Of a DNA stretch of 64,000 nt, positions 1 through 9,334 are shown in pieces. Each line of letters starts with the position of its first letter. Position 1 is the first letter of the stretch. This DNA is from Desulfatiglandales bacterium. Lineage in GTDB: Bacteria; Desulfobacterota; DSM-4660; Desulfatiglandales; HGW-15. The notes under the pieces are model-generated. The model worked only from the letters and a program-made list of their open reading frames with translations. It was not told the DNA's origin and made no database searches. The stretch covers positions 576,001 to 640,000 of the forward strand of contig CAXXJJ010000001.1 of the NCBI GenBank assembly GCA_963667015.2, given 5' to 3'. The position numbers were made by a program, and so were the translations under genes.

Positions 1-150
1 GGCCTGGGATTTTGCGATCATAATCATGAAAGAAAAATATCTCTTGCGGGATACAGCGGAATGCTCAATTTCGCAAAGGAAGTGTATGGATCGGTTATGA
101 GCCCGGTCTGGAAATTCACTCCCCGGAAGGAAATTAGAAATGAAAAATAA
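1..150 (+). CDS. nifE: Nitrogenase FeMo-cofactor scaffold NifE, C-terminal fragment (truncated by window edge)
   Basis: Frame 1 reads GLGFCDHNHERKISLAGYSGMLNFAKEVYGSVMSPVWKF...*, a typical NifE C-terminus; overlaps the nifN start. Confidence 0.85.
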   Translation, partial: GLGFCDHNHERKISLAGYSGMLNFAKEVYGSVMSPVWKFTPRKEIRNEK

Positions 151-1534
151 AAGTGTAAATTTTACAGCAACACGTAACGCATGCAAACTATGCACCCCCC
201 TGGGGGCCGCACTGGCATTTGAAGGTATCGAAAACAGTGTTCCTCTCCTACATGGCTCCCAGGGGTGCTCCACATATATAAGAAGATATATGATCAGCCA
301 TTTCAAGGAGCCGATCGATATTGCCTCAACAAATTTTTCCGAAGAGACTGCTGTTTTCGGCGGCGGGCAGAATCTCAAGGTTGCACTGGACAACATTATA
401 GCCCAGTATCATCCGGAAATGATAGGTGTCGCAACAACATGCCTGAGCGAGACAATAGGCGATGATGTCCCAATGTTTTTAAGGGAGTATAAAAATAATA
501 ATAAAGATAAAGATCTTCCGGGAATAGTACATGTTTCAACCCCGAGCTATAAGGGCACTCATGCAGACGGGTTTCATAACGCAATAAGGTCAACGGTCGA
601 TACCCTTCTGCCTGAGGCACTGGAGAGCGCGGGGTGTCTTGAAAGCAGTGAAGTTCCGGCAGAAAAGACTGTGAATATTTTTCCGGGCATGGTTTCACCT
701 GAAGACCTCAGGCACATAAAGGACATGATATACGCATTTGGACTCAAAAGCATAATGCTTTCGGATTATTCCGAAAGACTTGACGGGACCCTCTGGTCAG
801 AGTTTGAGAGAATTCCTGCCGGCGGCACAAAGCTGGCTGATATTAAAAGAATGCCATACTCAGAAGGCTCGATTGAGTTCGGGAAGATCCTGGGCCGCCA
901 GGAAAGCGCCGGAAAACTCTTGAGGGAAAGGTTTGGCGTATCCCTTTACAGCTCAGGGTTGCCAATAGGGGTAGAGGAAAGTGACAGATTTTTTGCCGCA
1001 CTTGAAGAGATAAGCGGTATTGAGACCCCTGATTTCATTAAAAAGGAAAGAGGCAGACTGATTGACTCATATGTTGACGGTCATAAATATGTGGCCAGGG
1101 CCAAAGCGGTTGTATACGGAGAAGAGGATCTTGTTGCGGGTATTGTTTCATTTTTATCGGAAATAGGGGTTATACCGGTAATATGCGCCTCCGGAGGAAA
1201 AAGCGGTCAACTGGAATCGGTCCTTAAAGATGTAAATCCGGACCTGGATCCATCGGAAACAATAATTATGCCCGAGGCTGATTTTATAGACATAGAAGAG
1301 ATGGCAAGAAAGGTTTCACCTGATATTATTATCGGGCACAGCAAGGGGTACAGTGTCGCAAGGAAACTGGGCATCCCCATAGTAAGAATAGGTTTTCCCA
1401 TACATGACAGATTTGGAGGAGCCAGAATACAACACCTTGGATACAGGGGCACCCAGCAGCTGTTTGACAGAATAGTAAACAGTATTATGGAAAAAAGACA
1501 GGAATCATCCGGTGTAGGATATTCGTATATTTAG
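140..1534 (+). CDS. nifN: Nitrogenase FeMo-cofactor scaffold NifN (nitrogenase component 1 family)
   Basis: NACKLCTPLGA, LHGSQGCSTY, TTCLSETIGDD and GFPIHDR motifs; lies between nifE and nifB. Confidence 0.88.
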   Translation: MKNKSVNFTATRNACKLCTPLGAALAFEGIENSVPLLHGSQGCSTYIRRYMISHFKEPIDIASTNFSEETAVFGGGQNLKVALDNIIAQYHPEMIGVATTCLSETIGDDVPMFLREYKNNNKDKDLPGIVHVSTPSYKGTHADGFHNAIRSTVDTLLPEALESAGCLESSEVPAEKTVNIFPGMVSPEDLRHIKDMIYAFGLKSIMLSDYSERLDGTLWSEFERIPAGGTKLADIKRMPYSEGSIEFGKILGRQESAGKLLRERFGVSLYSSGLPIGVEESDRFFAALEEISGIETPDFIKKERGRLIDSYVDGHKYVARAKAVVYGEEDLVAGIVSFLSEIGVIPVICASGGKSGQLESVLKDVNPDLDPSETIIMPEADFIDIEEMARKVSPDIIIGHSKGYSVARKLGIPIVRIGFPIHDRFGGARIQHLGYRGTQQLFDRIVNSIMEKRQESSGVGYSYI

Positions 1535-1544
1535 GAGATTAACC

Positions 1545-2822
1545 ATGAATCTTGAAAATCATCCATGCTTTAATGAAGGGGCATGTAAATCATTCGGCAG
1601 AATACATTTACCTGTTGCACCAAGATGCAATATTCAATGCAATTTTTGTAACAGAAAGTTTGACTGTGTTAACGAAAGCCGACCTGGAGTGACAAGCGGA
1701 GTGCTTTCCCCTGATCAAGCCATACGGTATCTTGATGATGTCATGAGTACAAGAAAGGATATCAGTGTTGTGGGCATTGCAGGCCCCGGGGACCCTTTTG
1801 CAAATCCTTTTGAAACAATAAGGACTCTTGAACTTGTAAGGGAAAAATATCCTGATATGATCCTCTGTCTTGCTTCAAACGGTTTAAATGTGCTTCCCTA
1901 TGTAAAAGATATTGTCAGGCTCAATGTCAGCCATGTGAGTATAACTGTTAATGCCGTTGATCCGGAAGTGGGCGCAAAGATCTATGCCTGGGTCCGGGAT
2001 GGAAAGCGTTCAATAGGGCCGCAGGAAGGTGCGAAACTTATGCTTGAAAAACAGCTTGCTGCAATAAAGTGCCTCAGAGAAAACAATGTCCTTGTCAAGG
2101 TGAACTGTGTTGTTGTTCCTGGTATCAATTCTCATCATGTTGTTGAAGTTGCAAAAAAAATGGGAGAGCTGGGTGTTGAGATCTTTAACTGTATGCCATA
2201 TTACCCGAATCCGGGCTCCAATTTTGAGCATATCGGGGAACCGGAAAAGGATGAGATTAATGCCATGCGTAAAGAGAGTGAAAAATATGTAAAACAGATG
2301 CGTCATTGTAGGCGATGCAGGTCAGATGCCGTTGGGCTTCTTGGAGAAATAGAGACTCCGGAAGCCATGGAAAAGCTGAGAAGTTATGAAAAAGGGTTAA
2401 CCCTTGTTTCAAAAATAGAAAAGCCCGCACCTGAAAGGCCCTTTGTGGCCGTAGCAAGCATGGAAGGCATGCTGGTTAATCTTCACCTTGGTGAAGCAAC
2501 ACAGCTCTTTATTTATAACATGCGGGGCATAGATGTTGTACTTGAAGATGTGCGGGAAGTCCCGGAGCCGGGCGGCGGTATTAAACGATGGGAAGAGCTC
2601 TCCGAGGTAATAAACGACTGCGGAAGCCTGCTGGTGAGCAGCGCGGGAAATACCCCAAAGACTGTCCTTGGCAGAAACGGCATAACTGTTTATGAAGTGG
2701 AAGGCGTAATTGAAGAGGCTGTGTACAGGGTATTTGAAGGCAAGAGTCTGAATCATATGATTAAACGCAAACCAAAGAAATGCGGGTCCGAATGCGAAGG
2801 AACCGGAATGGGATGCCTTTAA
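1545..2822 (+). CDS. nifB: Radical SAM FeMo-cofactor biosynthesis protein NifB with C-terminal NifX-like domain
   Basis: HPCF, RIHLPVAPRCNIQCNFC, NESRPG, AGPGDP and MRHCRRCRSDAVG motifs; C-terminal VNLHLGEA. Confidence 0.95.
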   Translation: MNLENHPCFNEGACKSFGRIHLPVAPRCNIQCNFCNRKFDCVNESRPGVTSGVLSPDQAIRYLDDVMSTRKDISVVGIAGPGDPFANPFETIRTLELVREKYPDMILCLASNGLNVLPYVKDIVRLNVSHVSITVNAVDPEVGAKIYAWVRDGKRSIGPQEGAKLMLEKQLAAIKCLRENNVLVKVNCVVVPGINSHHVVEVAKKMGELGVEIFNCMPYYPNPGSNFEHIGEPEKDEINAMRKESEKYVKQMRHCRRCRSDAVGLLGEIETPEAMEKLRSYEKGLTLVSKIEKPAPERPFVAVASMEGMLVNLHLGEATQLFIYNMRGIDVVLEDVREVPEPGGGIKRWEELSEVINDCGSLLVSSAGNTPKTVLGRNGITVYEVEGVIEEAVYRVFEGKSLNHMIKRKPKKCGSECEGTGMGCL

Positions 2823-2840
2823 AAGAAAGGAGAAATACTA

Positions 2841-3146
2841 ATGGAAAAACCAAGATATCATATTTTTTTGTGTGCAAGTTTCAGGGCAGGTGGTGATGCA
2901 AAGGGCGTGTGTAATAAAAAAGGTGCCCTTGAATTTCTTCCCTATATAGAAAATGAAATACTGGACAGGGATTTGAATGCCCAGATTACATCAACGGGCT
3001 GTATGAAGGGATGTGACCACGGGCCGGTAATGGTTATCTATCCGGATAACTTCTGGTACGGGGAAGTAGACAGTGAAGATAAGATAGATGAAATACTTGA
3101 TGCGCTTGAAGAAGGTGAATCTGTAGAAGAATATTTAATCGCATAG
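2841..3146 (+). CDS. Thioredoxin-like [2Fe-2S] ferredoxin (nif-associated)
   Basis: HIFLC...GVC...TGCMKGCDHGPVMVIYPDNFWY; SD AAGGAG upstream. Confidence 0.88.
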   Translation: MEKPRYHIFLCASFRAGGDAKGVCNKKGALEFLPYIENEILDRDLNAQITSTGCMKGCDHGPVMVIYPDNFWYGEVDSEDKIDEILDALEEGESVEEYLIA

Positions 3147-3155
3147 AGGTAAAAA

Positions 3156-3476
3156 ATGGAATCAAAAAGAATAGCAGTTGTTTCAACAGACAGTGTAAAT
3201 GTAAATGATCATTTTGGAATGGCAGAGGCCTTTCTTATTTATGACTATACTGAAGAACTCAAGTTTGTTGAAAAGAGAACCTCTGAAAAACTTTCGGTTG
3301 GCGACCCTAATCATCCCTTTGATGCCGATAAATTCAACAGGGTGTATGAGACAATAAAAGACTGTTCAAATGTATATGTCACTAAAATCGGGGAAGGTCC
3401 GGCCAGAAAACTTAAAGAACTGGGAATAGAACCGGTTATTTATGAGGGCGCAATAAGCGGGATAGTAAAATCGTAA
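3156..3476 (+). CDS. NifX/NifB/NifY-family FeMo-cofactor biosynthesis protein
   Basis: IAVVSTD..VNDHFG.AE.FLIY, DC..VYVTKIG.GP motifs; nif context. Confidence 0.8.
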   Translation: MESKRIAVVSTDSVNVNDHFGMAEAFLIYDYTEELKFVEKRTSEKLSVGDPNHPFDADKFNRVYETIKDCSNVYVTKIGEGPARKLKELGIEPVIYEGAISGIVKS

Positions 3477-3524
3477 TTCAATAGATCGGTGGGGTATAAG
3501 AGCTCCACCGGGATAGATTTAATC

Positions 3525-4598
3525 ATGGGAACTTCACAACCTGACAATATATGGATAATCGATACAACCCTGCGGGACGGCGAACAGTCTCCCGGTGTGT
3601 ACTTTAAAGCCGAAGCAAGAGTTGAATTAGCTAAAATGCTGGCAGGTGCAGGCGTCAATGAACTTGAGGCAGGCATACCGGCAATGGGGGAGCGTGCAAG
3701 AAAAAACCTGAGAAATATTATCAACCTTGGGTTAGACTGCCGGATTACCGGGTGGTGCAGGGCAGATAAAAAGGATATTGAGCTGGCTGAACAGTGCGGG
3801 CTCAACAGTGTTCATATCAGCTTTCCGGTTTCCGAAAGACAGCTAAATTCTTTTGGCAAGGATGAGGCATGGGTATTAAAATCTATTGAAGAGATCATGC
3901 CTCTGGCATGTGATAAATTTGAATATGTATCTGTAGGAGCCCAGGATGCAACAAGGTGTGATGAAGATTTCCTGATTGAATTTACACAAAAAGTATATGA
4001 CTTTGGTGCCTATCGTATGAGACTTGCTGACACGGTTGGAGTTTCAACGCCGTCTTATATTTATCGACTGGTCAAAAAGATACATAACTCATGTGATATC
4101 GAAATAGAATTTCACGGTCATAACGACCTTGGCATGGCCACGGCCAATGCCTTTTCGGCTGTTGAAGCAGGGGCCTCTGCGGTAAGCGTCACAGTAAACG
4201 GCCTTGGTGAAAGAAGCGGAAATGCAACTCTTGAGCAGGTTGCAGTGGCAATGAATCTATCAGGAAAATTCAATACCACAATAGATACAGCGCATCTGAT
4301 GAACCTGTGTACCTGTGTGGCAGAGGCTTCGAGCAGGCCGATTCCGTCGGATAAACCCATTACAGGGTCAGGGGCCTTTCTGCATGAATCGGGAATTCAC
4401 TGTGCAGGGCTTTTAAAGGACCCCCTGTCCTATCAGCCCTTTCTTCCGGAAACCGTAGGCAGGAAAGGTTTCAGGTTTACACTCGGAAGACAGTCGGGAT
4501 CACATTCCATAATGCATATGCTCGGAAAGGCAGGGATAGAAATATCCAGGGATGAAGCCTTAAGACTCAAAGAAATATTATGCAGTGGTGAGATGTAA
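3525..4598 (+). CDS. nifV: Homocitrate synthase
   Basis: IDTTLRDGEQ, HGHNDLGMATAN, GLGERSGN and HESGIH motifs; ATG 3525 preferred (alternative GTG 3489 sits inside a hairpin). Confidence 0.9.
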   Translation: MGTSQPDNIWIIDTTLRDGEQSPGVYFKAEARVELAKMLAGAGVNELEAGIPAMGERARKNLRNIINLGLDCRITGWCRADKKDIELAEQCGLNSVHISFPVSERQLNSFGKDEAWVLKSIEEIMPLACDKFEYVSVGAQDATRCDEDFLIEFTQKVYDFGAYRMRLADTVGVSTPSYIYRLVKKIHNSCDIEIEFHGHNDLGMATANAFSAVEAGASAVSVTVNGLGERSGNATLEQVAVAMNLSGKFNTTIDTAHLMNLCTCVAEASSRPIPSDKPITGSGAFLHESGIHCAGLLKDPLSYQPFLPETVGRKGFRFTLGRQSGSHSIMHMLGKAGIEISRDEALRLKEILCSGEM

Positions 4599-4743
4599 TT
4601 GGAATGCAGGGATTGTCTGTCATAGTGTTTATGCGGCACCCGATAATTAATAGTTGGTAAACCCTGAGTGAATGTTAACCCCGGGGATAAAGGCATTTTC
4701 CTCACACAACTTACACAAAACTCAATGTAAAATAGCTTAATTC

Positions 4744-4799
4744 AATGGCAGCAATTGCAACTATTATTAGTTGCAATTGCTGCCATTATATTTTATATT
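4744..4799 (+). promoter_or_regulatory. hicAB promoter with perfect 20-bp inverted repeat (probable HicB operator)
   Basis: AATGGCAGCAATTGCAACTA-ttat-TAGTTGCAATTGCTGCCATT (4744-4787) overlaps TTGCAA(4771)-17 nt-TATATT(4794). Confidence 0.65.
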
Positions 4800-4821
4800 A
4801 CTCTTCACAGCAGGAGGATAG

Positions 4822-5076
4822 ATGGGGCGAAATCAAAAATTGCTGGCAAAGTTAAAGAAACGTCCAAAGGATTTTACATGGGGAGAATTGACAGTCCTGT
4901 TGAAAAGCCTGGGATATAATGAAAAGAGGAGCGGAAAAACAGGAGGCTCCAGAAGAAGGTTTATCCATGCCACTGCTCCGACAATCACATTACATAAACC
5001 CCATCCTGGAAGCATTGTAAAAAGATACGTGATAAATGATATTTTAGAATTCCTTGAGAGAGAGGGAATAATATGA
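4822..5076 (+). CDS. hicA: Type II toxin HicA
   Basis: DFTWGEL..LL..LGY, GGSRRRF and LHKPHP motifs; 4-nt overlap with hicB. Confidence 0.9.
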   Translation: MGRNQKLLAKLKKRPKDFTWGELTVLLKSLGYNEKRSGKTGGSRRRFIHATAPTITLHKPHPGSIVKRYVINDILEFLEREGII

Positions 5077-5420
5077 AAGATATGATGAGATATAAGGAAT
5101 ACTACGGGTCAGTTCATTATAGCGATGATGATCAGGTATTCCATGGTAAAATTGAATTTATTCGAAATCTTGTGACCTATGAAGGCACAGATGTAAAAAA
5201 TTTGAGGGCAGCCTTTGAGGAAGCTGTTGATGATTATCTTGAGTTATGCAAAGAAGAGGGCAAAGAGCCAGAGACATCTTTGAAAGGCAGTTTTAATATT
5301 CGAACAGGTCCTGATTTGCACCGAAAAGCCATGCTTCTTGCTAAATCAAAAGGAACTAATCTGAATACAGTTGTTACAGAAGCATTGGAAAAATATATAT
5401 CAAGCCAGGAAAATTATTAA
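5073..5420 (+). CDS. hicB: Type II antitoxin HicB
   Basis: YKEYYGSV, FEEAVDDYL, KGSFNIR...DLHRKA RHH-like C-terminus. Confidence 0.92.
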   Translation: MKDMMRYKEYYGSVHYSDDDQVFHGKIEFIRNLVTYEGTDVKNLRAAFEEAVDDYLELCKEEGKEPETSLKGSFNIRTGPDLHRKAMLLAKSKGTNLNTVVTEALEKYISSQENY

Positions 5421-5489
5421 TAGTTATTTATTAAATCTCAAAAGGTTAAAAAATGCAGGAACTGAAAAATCCTTCGCCCTTTAAGGTTA

Positions 5490-6848
5490 CTAAAACCTCA
5501 ATGTAAAAACAGTTCCCTCATCTACTTTTGATTTCACCTTAATGGTGCCCTTATGCATCCTTACAATCCGTCTTGAAAGGCTCAGACCTATCCCTGAGCC
5601 CTTTTCCTTTGTTGTAAAGAATGGAATAAATATCTTATCAAGGGCCTCCTCTACAATACCCATTCCATTATCCTCAACCGTGATCAGGATTGTACCTTCG
5701 GCCCCAAGAAATGCCCTGAGGGTAATGGCCGGGTCTTTTTTTCCTGTTACCGCATAAATGGCATTGAGAAGCAGGTTGATCATAACCTGCTCCATGAGAT
5801 CGGGATCAGCCGATAATTCAAGGGATTCCGGTTCAACCGACCAGTTGAATGTTATTCCATTATTATAAAGCTTATCACCCATGAGCCTTTCGAGATTTTG
5901 AAAAAAGTCTGATAAAGACAGGATTTTTAATTTCGGATCAGGGATAAGTGTCATGTTCCTGTAGTTGCCTACAAAGTTCATGAGCCCCTGACTTCTCTGG
6001 TAGATTGTCTGCAGCGCACCGGTAATGTCATCCATTTCGTCCGGAGTGATACTAATATCGTCTCCTGTTTCTTCATTTTCCTTAGGCTCAAATATGTCCA
6101 GAAGGGAAGATGACATGGAAGATATGGGTGTGATAGAGTTCATGATCTCATGCGTAAGAACTCTTATGAGGTTCTGCCATGCCTCCATCTCCTTGGCCTC
6201 AAGTTCCTCCTGGATGTTTTGTATGGATATGAGGATATTTTTATCTTCCTTTAAAACAAAAGGATGGCTGTAGATTGAAAGGTATCCGGTTTCATTATCC
6301 ATCTGAAGGTTAACGAGTTTTTTTTCATTGTGCTTAAGATTTAACAGGATATCAGCAAGCTTTGGATACTTTGACTGCAGATCCTGTATGTTTTTTAAAA
6401 GACTCAGTTTAAAGATCTTTTTGGCGGCGTTGTTAACAAGTTCCACAGTGCCGTCCGCTTTGTAGACGATAATGCCGGTCCCGATATGCTGCAGTATGGT
6501 TTTAAGGTATCTGGAGTGCACCTCGCTTTGGGAACGTGTTTCCCGGAGTTTGCGCATTACCTCGCCAAAGGCCTTTTTGAGTTCGCTGAAGGAGGAGCCA
6601 AGCCCCTCGCTGGTAAAGGCCTGGGAGGTATCATCGTACTTAATGGAGAGAAGAAATCTGCTCAAATCCCTGTTTGTTTTCTCTGCAAAGTGAATAAGTG
6701 AAAAGACCTGTGCAATCGCCAAAAGACCTACAGTGATTGTTACGAATATAAAATTCATTTTAAAGACAAGATAAGCAAACAATAGAATTGTAGCTGTAAG
6801 GAGCAGTATCCGAAAAATGATTTTGGACCTGAAAGATTTTGTGAGCAT
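5490..6848 (-). CDS. Sensor histidine kinase (NtrY-like: TM, PAS-like, HisKA, HATPase)
   Basis: RVLTHEIMNSITP, EQVMINLLLNA, DNGMG, FIPFFTTK and GSGIGL motifs. Confidence 0.9.
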   Translation of the reverse strand: MLTKSFRSKIIFRILLLTATILLFAYLVFKMNFIFVTITVGLLAIAQVFSLIHFAEKTNRDLSRFLLSIKYDDTSQAFTSEGLGSSFSELKKAFGEVMRKLRETRSQSEVHSRYLKTILQHIGTGIIVYKADGTVELVNNAAKKIFKLSLLKNIQDLQSKYPKLADILLNLKHNEKKLVNLQMDNETGYLSIYSHPFVLKEDKNILISIQNIQEELEAKEMEAWQNLIRVLTHEIMNSITPISSMSSSLLDIFEPKENEETGDDISITPDEMDDITGALQTIYQRSQGLMNFVGNYRNMTLIPDPKLKILSLSDFFQNLERLMGDKLYNNGITFNWSVEPESLELSADPDLMEQVMINLLLNAIYAVTGKKDPAITLRAFLGAEGTILITVEDNGMGIVEEALDKIFIPFFTTKEKGSGIGLSLSRRIVRMHKGTIKVKSKVDEGTVFTLRF

Positions 6849-6856
6849 ATCACCAC

Positions 6857-8233
6857 CTAGATCCCATATTTTTCCATGCGCCTGTATACCGACGCCCTGG
6901 TCAACCCCAGTTCCAGGGCTGCCTGGCTGACATTTCCCCTGTGTTTATCCAGGGCCTTTTGAATTACTATCTTTTCAACAAATTCAAGGTTGTAATTCTC
7001 AAAAATTATGGCGTCACCATTTGCAGGTGATGTTGATAAAAAGAAATCTTCAGGCTGAAGAACCTTTGATTCACTTAAAATAACTGCCCGTTCCATACAG
7101 TGCTGAAGTTCTCTTACGTTTCCGGGCCAGTTGTATGCCATGAGTTTGTTCATTGTTAAGGTGCCTATACTCTTTTCCGGCTTATTGTATTTCCTGCAAT
7201 AGGTCTTTAAAAAATACTCGGACAACTGGCTAAGATCTTCTCCTCTTTCTCTCAACGGGGGAAGATGTATTTCCACCGTGTTGATTCTGTAAAGCAGATC
7301 CTGTCTGAATTTATTGTTTCCCACCATCTCAGGTATATTTCCATTAGTGGCGCATATTAACCTGATGTCTATGGGGATATTCCTGTTTGATCCGACCCTT
7401 ACTACCTGCTTCTGCTCAATCGCGCGGAGAATTTTAGACTGCATGGCCATGGGAAGGTTTGCTATCTCATCCATAAACAGTGTTCCGCCTGATGCCACTT
7501 CAAACCGGCCCACGCGTTCTGACTTGGCGTCTGTAAAGGCGCCTTTAATGTGCCCGAACAGTTCACTTTCAAAAAGCGATTCACTTATTGCCCCCATGTC
7601 AACGCTAATGAAGACCTCCTTTTTGCGGGGGGAGTGACGATGAAGGGAACGTGCTACAAGTTCCTTGCCAGTCCCGTTTTCACCAAGTATCAAAACATTC
7701 GCATCGGTTTTGGCAACTTTCAGGATGGTGTCATAAACCTTCTGCATTGCCGGGGATGAACCGATAAATTCACTGAAGGGCTGATTCATGTCAGCGCTTA
7801 ACTGTTCCTGTCTTGATTTCAGGCTGGCTACCTCAAGCCTTGTTTTGTGAAGATTTCCGGCAGCAGTTACTGTTGCCAGAAGTTTTTCATTCTGCCATGG
7901 TTTAAGGACAAAATCGGTCGCCCCATGTTTTACAGCAGTTACGGCCAGGTTTACATCACCGAATGCAGTAATCATAATAACAACAGCAGAAGGATCAATT
8001 TCAATTATTTTCGAAAGCCAGTGCAGTCCCTCCTGACCGCTGGTGACATCCCTTGAGTAGTTCATATCAAGTAAAATTACATCATAGACATTATTTGCCA
8101 GGAGAGCGGGTATATTTTCGGGGTTCTGTTCAGTATGGATAGATGATACATGTTTCTTAAGAAATAACCGGGCAGCCTTGAGTACATCTTCATCATCATC
8201 AACAATAAGTATTTTATCGATCTTCTCTGACAT
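6857..8233 (-). CDS. Sigma54-dependent response regulator (NtrC family)
   Basis: REC domain (VDDD, LLDMN), [22 protein letters not shown] and Fis-type HTH. Confidence 0.92.
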   Translation of the reverse strand: MSEKIDKILIVDDDEDVLKAARLFLKKHVSSIHTEQNPENIPALLANNVYDVILLDMNYSRDVTSGQEGLHWLSKIIEIDPSAVVIMITAFGDVNLAVTAVKHGATDFVLKPWQNEKLLATVTAAGNLHKTRLEVASLKSRQEQLSADMNQPFSEFIGSSPAMQKVYDTILKVAKTDANVLILGENGTGKELVARSLHRHSPRKKEVFISVDMGAISESLFESELFGHIKGAFTDAKSERVGRFEVASGGTLFMDEIANLPMAMQSKILRAIEQKQVVRVGSNRNIPIDIRLICATNGNIPEMVGNNKFRQDLLYRINTVEIHLPPLRERGEDLSQLSEYFLKTYCRKYNKPEKSIGTLTMNKLMAYNWPGNVRELQHCMERAVILSESKVLQPEDFFLSTSPANGDAIIFENYNLEFVEKIVIQKALDKHRGNVSQAALELGLTRASVYRRMEKYGI

Positions 8234-8350
8234 CAATAGCCTCGTTTATTGCCTTTTATATGGAACGACTTTTTTTGGGGTGAATCGCGACAGAACTCCT
8301 GATGATATACAATTCTTAATAGATCATATCAATATTAAATTAGTAAAATC

Positions 8351-8450
8351 GGGTAGACATATAGGTCTACCCATGCATTGCAATATCAATTATTCACATT
8401 AATTGGAAATATATCGTTTTTTACGTAGGGGCGGACCTGTGTGTCCGCCC
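8351..8450. repeat. Inverted pair of GTAG-type REP-like palindromes
   Basis: GTAGGGGCGGACCTGTGTGTCCGCCC at 8425-8450 and a degenerate reverse copy GGGTAGACATATAGGTCTACCC at 8351-8372. Confidence 0.65.
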
Positions 8451-8640
8451 GGATTAACATTGGTTAAATGTGGTGAAAATCACAATATTCGTTGGAATAA
8501 TGTGGTTGGCATCGCAAAAAAGGTTGGTAAAATGTGAATATAGTTGTGGAAAAATAGTATGGATATAGCCCATCCATAAAGACGCAGAGCATAGGAGCCA
8601 GTGTATAAAAAGTTTAGAAGGATAGATGTCAAGTGCCGAT

Positions 8641-8666
8641 GTAGGGTGCGAATAATTATTCGCCCT
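8641..8666 (+). repeat. GTAG-type REP-like palindrome
   Basis: GTAGGGTGCGAATAATTATTCGCCCT. Confidence 0.55.
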
Positions 8667-8986
8667 CTTTTCTAAAGTTCGGATTTGAAAGGCCTAAGGT
8701 ATCTGGCGTTCCCCCATTCCAGTGCAGACGGGAATATTGAGTTAACAACAAACAAATATGTATCAACTGCCCAGGAACCAGCTCACAGGAAAAGAAGTAA
8801 TTTTGCAGTCTATTTTATTAATTGATGGATCATTTGAAATTATAAATGAATGCAGTATTTTTAATAGCCTTATAATGGAGTAATATTATGACATAATGAC
8901 TGCATATTACGCCAATAAATGGTTTATAAATTAGGGTTGGATGTTTTCCATTATCACAGGGTTAAAGGAGTGCTTACATATTAAGG

Positions 8987-9025
8987 GTGTTCATATGCGG
9001 GCACCATATGTCCGCTGGTGAACAC
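8987..9025. promoter_or_regulatory. Putative upstream activator (enhancer) sites for the sigma54 activator
   Basis: GTGTTCA...TGAACAC dyad made of two related TGTYC-N7-GRRCA sites, about 85-120 nt upstream of the sigma54 promoter. Confidence 0.5.
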
Positions 9026-9108
9026 CATTTTAAAATTACTTCAAATAGTTATATCTCTGAATTATTTAAAACCCTTATCAAATAAGGATCTGGGAGTTAT
9101 AGGTAGTC

Positions 9109-9124
9109 TGGCACAAGCCTTGCT
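9109..9124 (+). promoter_or_regulatory. Sigma54 (-24/-12) promoter of the permease array
   Basis: TGGCAC-AAGCC-TTGCT is a perfect TGGCAC-N5-TTGC consensus. Confidence 0.85.
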
Positions 9125-9300
9125 TTATTCTTTATCCAGAAGAGCTATCACCTTCTTTTTTACCGCTATATTAATCACCAGAATTATCAGATTGAAAAAA
9201 GAATTGATTTTTTAAAGGCAATGCCCTCTGCTTTTATTCCTCCTCCCAGGACAGAGGGCAAAGCCTGTATAAAAATGAGTTGTTAAAATATTAAGTATTA

Positions 9301-9334
9301 ACAACAAACTACAAACAACGGACAACAAACAAAT
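9301..9334 (+). repeat. 7-nt periodic permease leader, copy 1 (others at 11902-11935, 18719-18749, 21440-21470, 25474-25504, 28357-28387)
   Basis: ACAACAA ACTACAA ACAACGG ACAACAA ACAAAT ATG. Confidence 0.85.

Noticed and set aside
140..2822. Frameshifted nifN-nifB fusion
   Set aside because: Both ORFs are complete, and nifB has its own SD (AGGAG) and ATG
8178..9215. ORFs 8178-8402 and 9018-9215
   Set aside because: They overlap the regulator start or the enhancer/promoter, lack an SD and have no recognisable motifs
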